Source of the DNA: a virus
Reading direction: 5' to 3' (one strand)
Length of the DNA: 64,000 nt
IMG/VR virus record: IMGVR_UViG_3300027859_000009
Span: 16,535-80,534 of that record
Position numbers and translations under genes: made by a program. Below the pieces are notes generated by a model. The model did no database searches, was not told the origin of the DNA, and saw only the letters and a list, made by a program, of their open reading frames with translations. This document shows, one piece after another, positions 58,855 through 64,000 of this stretch (the stretch's first letter is position 1; each line of letters opens with the position of its first letter).

Positions 58855-58897
58855 CAGATTTTTATTTATCGCATATAATAGTTATATTTATACTGTA
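58855..58897 (+). promoter_or_regulatory. degenerate class I promoter repeat
   Basis: CAGATTTTTATTTATCG...TATATTTATACTGTAGTTAATT. Confidence 0.7.
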
Positions 58898-58934
58898 GTT
58901 AATTAATAATAATAACCTTTAAAACACGTAAAAA

Positions 58935-59252
58935 ATGGAAAATTCAACAAATTACTTCGATCAAAAACAACCAACTTTAATCGCTCAACTAGGGCCAGAA
59001 AAAGAGGTGGTATATACTAACAAGTCTTTTACTGAGATAGAGGCTATCATAGAACCTTTTAGAATAGCCAATCCTGAAATGGGTTGTGGAATCAAAACTC
59101 CAAAAGGAAATAGCTGGGTCGGATTAGTTACTTGGGCTGATCAGATGGAAATGTTCTGGGAGTACCCAACATATACTCCAGAAGGAGACAGACTTGCGGC
59201 GCTTCGTAAAGCAGAGCAGGATGCTAAAGGAATATTAGCATCTTGGGGATAA
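58935..59252 (+). CDS. hypothetical early protein
   Basis: Follows class I promoter. Confidence 0.6.
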   Translation: MENSTNYFDQKQPTLIAQLGPEKEVVYTNKSFTEIEAIIEPFRIANPEMGCGIKTPKGNSWVGLVTWADQMEMFWEYPTYTPEGDRLAALRKAEQDAKGILASWG

Positions 59253-59280
59253 TCAATTAATAACCCTTAAAAACAAAAAA

Positions 59281-59508
59281 ATGAAAAATTTTAACTTTAA
59301 AGAAATGATAAACATCTTCAAAACCTTATGCATGTTTGGACTTATTGCCTTTGTTAGCATTTGGATAACATATACATTGATTTCATTCATTGTATGGTAT
59401 TTTACTATGATGTTCTTATACCCTACAACTGCATTAATAGTTTTGATTTTAGGCTGTCTTGCATTCGCTGGAATAACTAAAGCATTAGAAATTTATAATA
59501 ATTTATAA
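59281..59508 (+). CDS. two-TM membrane protein
   Basis: Hydrophobic. Confidence 0.55.
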   Translation: MKNFNFKEMINIFKTLCMFGLIAFVSIWITYTLISFIVWYFTMMFLYPTTALIVLILGCLAFAGITKALEIYNNL

Positions 59509-59524
59509 TAACAAATAAAAACAA

Positions 59525-60007
59525 ATGAAAAAAAGATTAGAACAAAGAATGTACGGATTGGTGCCTTATAACCTTAGTCCAATCCAACAAGGAATTCAAT
59601 TTGGACATGCTGTAGTAGAATATAGTTTAAACCATTATTCTTACACTGAACAAAAAGGTTCGAACCCATATAGTCAATGGGCGCACTATGATAAAACATT
59701 TATTATCCTGAACGGTGGAACCACAAACAATAACGCAGAACATTGGGGTACTCTTAATCAAGCAGTCTTAGAACTTGGAAGACTAAGAGTTGAAAAGGCA
59801 ACTTTCAATGAACCAGACCTTGGAGACCAATTAACTGCCGTAGTATTTTTAGTAGATGAGCGGGTTTGGGACAAAGAGAAATATCCAGAGTATAACCCTC
59901 ACCATACTGATTTGGAACCTTGGGATTATTATGATTTAGTTTTCGGAGAAGATGCCAAGCATATATTAGAAATGAGAGATTTCCTTTCTAAATACAAACT
60001 AGCCTAA
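59525..60007 (+). CDS. peptidyl-tRNA hydrolase Pth2-like protein
   Basis: MY..V..NLS..Q..IQ.GHA...W....K..I.L...F.EPDL..Q.TAV. Confidence 0.6.
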   Translation: MKKRLEQRMYGLVPYNLSPIQQGIQFGHAVVEYSLNHYSYTEQKGSNPYSQWAHYDKTFIILNGGTTNNNAEHWGTLNQAVLELGRLRVEKATFNEPDLGDQLTAVVFLVDERVWDKEKYPEYNPHHTDLEPWDYYDLVFGEDAKHILEMRDFLSKYKLA

Positions 60008-60010
60008 TAG

Positions 60011-60036
60011 AAACATTTTAAAAAACTGCAATATAA
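60011..60036 (+). promoter_or_regulatory. class II promoter
   Basis: AAAC-N17-TATAA. Confidence 0.6.
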
Positions 60037-60041
60037 AATAT

Positions 60042-60191
60042 ATGTTTAAAAACAAAAGAATATCAGAAGTGATGCCGCATCTAGAATCAGTTGCTAGAGA
60101 CCACGGTCTCAAGTTAAATTACACTAAAGATTTTAAAATAGCAAGAAAACTTTTACTAATTAGATATTTGTCTTATGGGAATTTTAAATAG
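60042..60191 (+). CDS. small basic protein (49 aa)
   Basis: Hand-translated MFKNKRISEV...YGNFK. Confidence 0.5.
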   Translation: MFKNKRISEVMPHLESVARDHGLKLNYTKDFKIARKLLLIRYLSYGNFK

Positions 60192-60654
60192 AATAAACCT
60201 TTTCCTTACATTTTTATACATTCCACTTTTTCCAATTGGAGAAAACTTTAAATCTTCAGTTGTTGTTGAAAAAGAGGAAAAGAAAATAGAAGTAGTAGAG
60301 GTAGTAGAAGAATCAAATCTTTTAGAAGCAATGATTCAAGTAGAAAGCAGAGGAAATGAATCTGCAGTTGGAGACACTCACATGGACGTTCCATCAATTG
60401 GGGTTTTACAAATTAGACCTATCATGGTTAAGGAAGTAAATAGAATTCTTGGAAAGGAAGTTTATACTTTAAAAGACCGAGCTAGCCGTGAAAAATCAAT
60501 TGAAATGTTCGAAGTATGGAAAAATCACCACCATAAAAATTCAAGTGATGAAAAAATAGCGAGATGTTGGAACGGAGGGCCTTTAGGTTATAAATATAGT
60601 GGGACAGATCATTATTGGTCAAAAGTTCAATTGGAGATGCAAGTTAGTAGGTAG
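60175..60654 (+). CDS. lysozyme-like / lytic transglycosylase with N-terminal anchor
   Basis: AMIQVESRG...A.GD...G.LQI, AR.WNGGP, YW..V. Confidence 0.8.
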   Translation: MGILNRINLFLTFLYIPLFPIGENFKSSVVVEKEEKKIEVVEVVEESNLLEAMIQVESRGNESAVGDTHMDVPSIGVLQIRPIMVKEVNRILGKEVYTLKDRASREKSIEMFEVWKNHHHKNSSDEKIARCWNGGPLGYKYSGTDHYWSKVQLEMQVSR

Positions 60655-60729
60655 GTCCGTGTAACCGGAGAGTATACAAAAGTGGCACCAATAAAAAAGA
60701 TATATAATTAATAAAAATAAATTAAGAAA

Positions 60730-62523
60730 ATGAGTAGAGTTTTAACATCAGAAGCATTCATGCTTGTAAACGGTTTAGATATTCAACATTCAAGTGAATG
60801 GGAAGATTATTTAGAAATGAACGCGCAGATAAATGGTTTAACAAGAGAAGAATATGCAGCATACTATTTAAACACGCAATGGCAAATGCAGTGTATGGAA
60901 AGTATTGTTACTTTATTTGAAGCTAAAAAAGTTACAAGAAAGCAATTAGATAAGGCTCTTGGTGAAATTACAAGAATTACTCAAGATTTAAAGTCAACTG
61001 TCCTTTTATGGAAAGATGCTAAAGAAAATGGAAATGGTGCTAAAGAAAAAGAACATTTAGATACTTTAAAGAAATTAAATGCTGAGAAAAAAGAAGCAGA
61101 GAAAGAAGTAGAAGGGTTTATTAAAGGACTTGATAAGAATGTAGAATTAAGCATTACAGAAGCCATCGAAGTTACCAAAGAAATGTGGGACAAGGAATGG
61201 CCACTTAAAAAAGTATTTGGAAAAGACTACGAGGCTAATTTCGCAAAAAGAGTAGAAGCAGCAATGTCAAAAGCCAAAAACGAAGAACAGGCTGAAGAAT
61301 GGGCTTATAAAAACTTTAAACAATTACCAAACCCTGCAAAAGGGATGACTATAGAAGAATCAGTTATGAATGAATATGGCCCAATGCGAGGTTCTGGTAA
61401 TAGAGATTATAGTACTAGTGAACTTGTTGATAGAGCTGGCGAACTAGATGATATTTTTCAAGATTCTAGAAATCGTAGAGCTATTAGAGATTGGGAAGAA
61501 TATACTGAAGACCTATTTGGTGAATATGCAGGAGACCAAGACGGTGGAACACAAGATGTATATTGGGCAGATATTCCAGAACATGAACTTCAAACAGCAA
61601 TCGATGTTGGCGAGGATATTATGAATAAGTATAAGATTAAAGAATCAGTTATGAATGAAGCAAAAGGCGCACCATGGCCAGAACAATTAGAAAAAGGGTT
61701 AACTCATTGGGGTTACAAAAAAGGAACCCATACTAGAGAACTTAAAACACTTCCTTGTAGAATTGGAAGAAATGCACAAGAATTTGGTGGACCTAACCAT
61801 GCCCAATCAGTTGTAGACCTTAATATGAAAGACCCAATGGTCAAGAAATTCTTTAAGCCTAAATTTAAAGTTAGAGCAGATGGAAATTACGTAAATGATT
61901 ATGTTGAACTAATTCCTAAAAAGGGTTATTTATATAGTCTACATGTAGGTACTGGACAATTTGAATATTTTTGTTTAGCAATTAAACCAGGAGAGGTTTA
62001 CATATTTAGAAAATATGACGAAGCCTATGGACAATATGAATATTTCAAATTCGAAGAGAATATGTCAACAAGATCTGGAGTATTTGATTTTAAAAGACAT
62101 AGAGAAGAAGAACAATGGAAATGGAATAAATTAAAACCAGACGGTGCAAGTCATTTCGTATCAGTTGGATGGGGAATCATGGATATTGGTTTAGAATATA
62201 CTCAATTAGAATTACCATTTGAACATCTAAAAACTTACGAAAGTTTTGTTACTGAAAAAAAAAACTTATCTAGTTCAATTAAAGCAGCATTAAAAAATGG
62301 TTTAGTTAATGTTGGAGGAGACAAGGTTAAAGTTTCTGTTACTAATAAAAACCAATATAAAATCCAACCATACGACTCTCTTGTTGGCGGTGATTGGGCA
62401 GAGGCAGATCTACGAGATAATTTCAAAGACTTGGTTGATGACCTTAATTTTTCTTTAAAAGGCAAATATTCATTTTCACCAATCGATGTTACTAATAAAG
62501 AATGGATAATAGAATTACTCTAA
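60730..62523 (+). CDS. modular late protein; putative polyprotein of internal head proteins
   Basis: Late motif at 60699; internal LFE-A, ITE-A, ESVMNE (x2) and HLKTYESFVTE linkers. Confidence 0.55.
   Translation: MSRVLTSEAFMLVNGLDIQHSSEWEDYLEMNAQINGLTREEYAAYYLNTQWQMQCMESIVTLFEAKKVTRKQLDKALGEITRITQDLKSTVLLWKDAKENGNGAKEKEHLDTLKKLNAEKKEAEKEVEGFIKGLDKNVELSITEAIEVTKEMWDKEWPLKKVFGKDYEANFAKRVEAAMSKAKNEEQAEEWAYKNFKQLPNPAKGMTIEESVMNEYGPMRGSGNRDYSTSELVDRAGELDDIFQDSRNRRAIRDWEEYTEDLFGEYAGDQDGGTQDVYWADIPEHELQTAIDVGEDIMNKYKIKESVMNEAKGAPWPEQLEKGLTHWGYKKGTHTRELKTLPCRIGRNAQEFGGPNHAQSVVDLNMKDPMVKKFFKPKFKVRADGNYVNDYVELIPKKGYLYSLHVGTGQFEYFCLAIKPGEVYIFRKYDEAYGQYEYFKFEENMSTRSGVFDFKRHREEEQWKWNKLKPDGASHFVSVGWGIMDIGLEYTQLELPFEHLKTYESFVTEKKNLSSSIKAALKNGLVNVGGDKVKVSVTNKNQYKIQPYDSLVGGDWAEADLRDNFKDLVDDLNFSLKGKYSFSPIDVTNKEWIIELL
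61355..61659 (+). repeat. 20-bp exact direct repeat AAGAATCAGTTATGAATGAA, 285 bp apart
   Basis: Copies at 61355-61374 and 61640-61659, both in frame as ESVMNE. Confidence 0.85.
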
Positions 62524-62588
62524 AATAGACTTATATCAAATCTATCTTAAATATATCTTAGATATATAAAAGAAAAGATAGATTTATA

Positions 62589-62966
62589 ATGTCACAAAAA
62601 TCAAACGCTGAATTAGTAAAAGAATTAATAGATGCTTTTTCTGAGTTAAAAACTAAACTCGAAGACCCAAATAGAGTTTATTTAGAAAGTTCTATAAAAC
62701 AGCTTATTGAAAATCAAAATGAGATGAAAGATGCTATTTCAAGTTTGAAAAAAGAAATCTTAAATCCATACAGTGGAGTAGTTGTAGAAACAATTAAGAA
62801 TACTGAATTTAGGCAGAAAATGGAAGAAAAGGGAGACCTTGGAATCGATCTATTGACAGAGCACAAAGAACTTATGAAATGGAAAAGTACTATCACTAAA
62901 ATGGGCTGGATGGTAATTACCACAATATTTGGTATTTTGGCTTTTTTAATTACAGGAAACATTTAA
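62589..62966 (+). CDS. coiled-coil protein with C-terminal TM
   Basis: Late motif at 62561. Confidence 0.55.
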   Translation: MSQKSNAELVKELIDAFSELKTKLEDPNRVYLESSIKQLIENQNEMKDAISSLKKEILNPYSGVVVETIKNTEFRQKMEEKGDLGIDLLTEHKELMKWKSTITKMGWMVITTIFGILAFLITGNI

Positions 62967-62967
62967 A

Positions 62968-63471
62968 ATGGTTGCAGATAGAATATCATTAATAACAATT
63001 TATAGGTCTCTTTTGGCTATTAATAGCAGTGACGGTAAAATAGATTCTATTTTATTAAATAGGAAAAATGATTATGGGACAAAATCAATTCCTAAATTTA
63101 ATTCTTTACTAGAATTAAAAGAATTTATAGATACTTTATATCCTTATAAAAATGCAACTAATTGTAATTGCCTTACTAGTAATGAGGGAATATATAATTT
63201 AATAAGTTTTAGTTTTAAAAATAAAGAAGAGTTTATTTATGTAAATAATATGCAAACTAAATTTGAAACATCTAAACCTAAAAAAATAACTGAAATAAAT
63301 TTCAAAGGTTTAGATAACATAAATTCTATAAATGCAGAACTAAATAAACTTTACGGCGACTATGTATGTTTTCCATATATGGAATATGGGTACACTGAAT
63401 GTAATTACATTGAAATGATAACCAATGAAAGATACGATGACCTAATAGAATTATATAAAAAAATAAAATAA
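62968..63471 (+). CDS. hypothetical protein
   Basis: 167-aa ORF. Confidence 0.5.
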   Translation: MVADRISLITIYRSLLAINSSDGKIDSILLNRKNDYGTKSIPKFNSLLELKEFIDTLYPYKNATNCNCLTSNEGIYNLISFSFKNKEEFIYVNNMQTKFETSKPKKITEINFKGLDNINSINAELNKLYGDYVCFPYMEYGYTECNYIEMITNERYDDLIELYKKIK

Positions 63472-63474
63472 ACA

Positions 63475-64000
63475 GTGAGTAAACTTTTAGACCAATACAC
63501 AGCATTAGATTCTCAAGCTTTTGCAGATAATATCCACAGAGAAGCAAATGGATATTGGAAACCAATATATCCAGGAGAATTAAATAGACCTCTTAAGCAT
63601 GTAGAGGCAGATTACAATTATAAAGTTCTTACAGGAACTTTAGCAAATTATAGAATTTATCCATCTGCAATTTTACCAGGAACAACAGGTGCTGCAGTAG
63701 AAGATTTTACTGGAGATGATAATAAAGTACTGCAATTAAAGTATGATGCAACTGAAGGTTGGTATTGGACTCTTCTTTTGGGTGGTTCGGGAACTACTGG
63801 TCCTGCTGGTCCTACCGGTGCTGCTGGTCCTACCGGTGCTGCTGGTCCTACCGGTGCTGCTGGTCCTACCGGTACAAATGGTGCAACAGGTCCTGCTGGT
63901 CCTACTGGTGTCAGCGGAACTCCTTATGCGAATAGTAAAACAGAAACTTACACTTCAGCAAACATACTTGCAGGCGACAAAATTAATCTTTTAAACAGTT
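63475..64000 (+). CDS. collagen-repeat (Gly-X-Y) fibre/structural protein, runs off the window
   Basis: GTG start [10 protein letters not shown]...; [43 protein letters not shown]; absent from the ORF track because it has no stop in the window. Confidence 0.8.
   Translation, partial: MSKLLDQYTALDSQAFADNIHREANGYWKPIYPGELNRPLKHVEADYNYKVLTGTLANYRIYPSAILPGTTGAAVEDFTGDDNKVLQLKYDATEGWYWTLLLGGSGTTGPAGPTGAAGPTGAAGPTGAAGPTGTNGATGPAGPTGVSGTPYANSKTETYTSANILAGDKINLLNS

Noticed and set aside
565-63565. Short minus-strand ORFs in the track, other than 17697-18188
   Set aside because: They lie antisense to well-supported + strand genes and show no recognisable motifs
63743-63994. Leu/Val repeat ORF from the track
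   Set aside because: Off-frame reading of the collagen Gly-X-Y repeat in the gene starting at 63475
1-64000. Stop-codon reassignment, introns or inteins
   Set aside because: Core genes are full length in the standard code, end in TAA, TAG and TGA, and show no evident insertions

Overview
A 64 kb segment of a large, AT-rich, T4-like myovirus, probably a jumbo phage, with almost every gene on the + strand. The host is probably Bacteroidota/Flavobacteriia: ribosome-binding regions are A-rich and lack Shine-Dalgarno sites, there is an Hc1 histone-like gene, and promoters carry a TAnnTTT-type element. Bases 1-37.4 kb hold the T4-like core: UvsX, gp41 helicase, gp47/46, gp15, gp55 late sigma, gp4, gp2, portal, fused prohead protease-scaffold, major capsid, clamp loader, RNase H, neck, terminase, sheath, tube, gp26/gp51-like proteins and tape measure. 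Bases 37.4-64 kb are accessory: DNA ligase, a PRPP-synthetase-like plus NAMPT-like pair (NARP1-type NAD+ rebuilding), guanylate kinase, an ECF sigma factor, tRNA-Ala, endolysin, HAD phosphatase, CCA-adding enzyme, a Pth2-like protein and many small ORFs. The main observations read from the sequence are five. (1) Three distinct promoter classes suggest a host-sigma -> phage ECF sigma -> gp55 cascade. (2) An array of micro-genes is joined by a conserved 19-bp junction, TAAACCAAAACAAAGATGA. (3) A family of proteins has T4-style capsid-targeting N-termini, including a CCA-adding enzyme and a modular polyprotein punctuated by protease-site linkers. (4) A calcineurin-like phosphoesterase has lost all its metal ligands. 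(5) There is a candidate +1 frameshift just upstream of the tape measure gene. All functional calls come from motif recognition by eye; no database searches were run.
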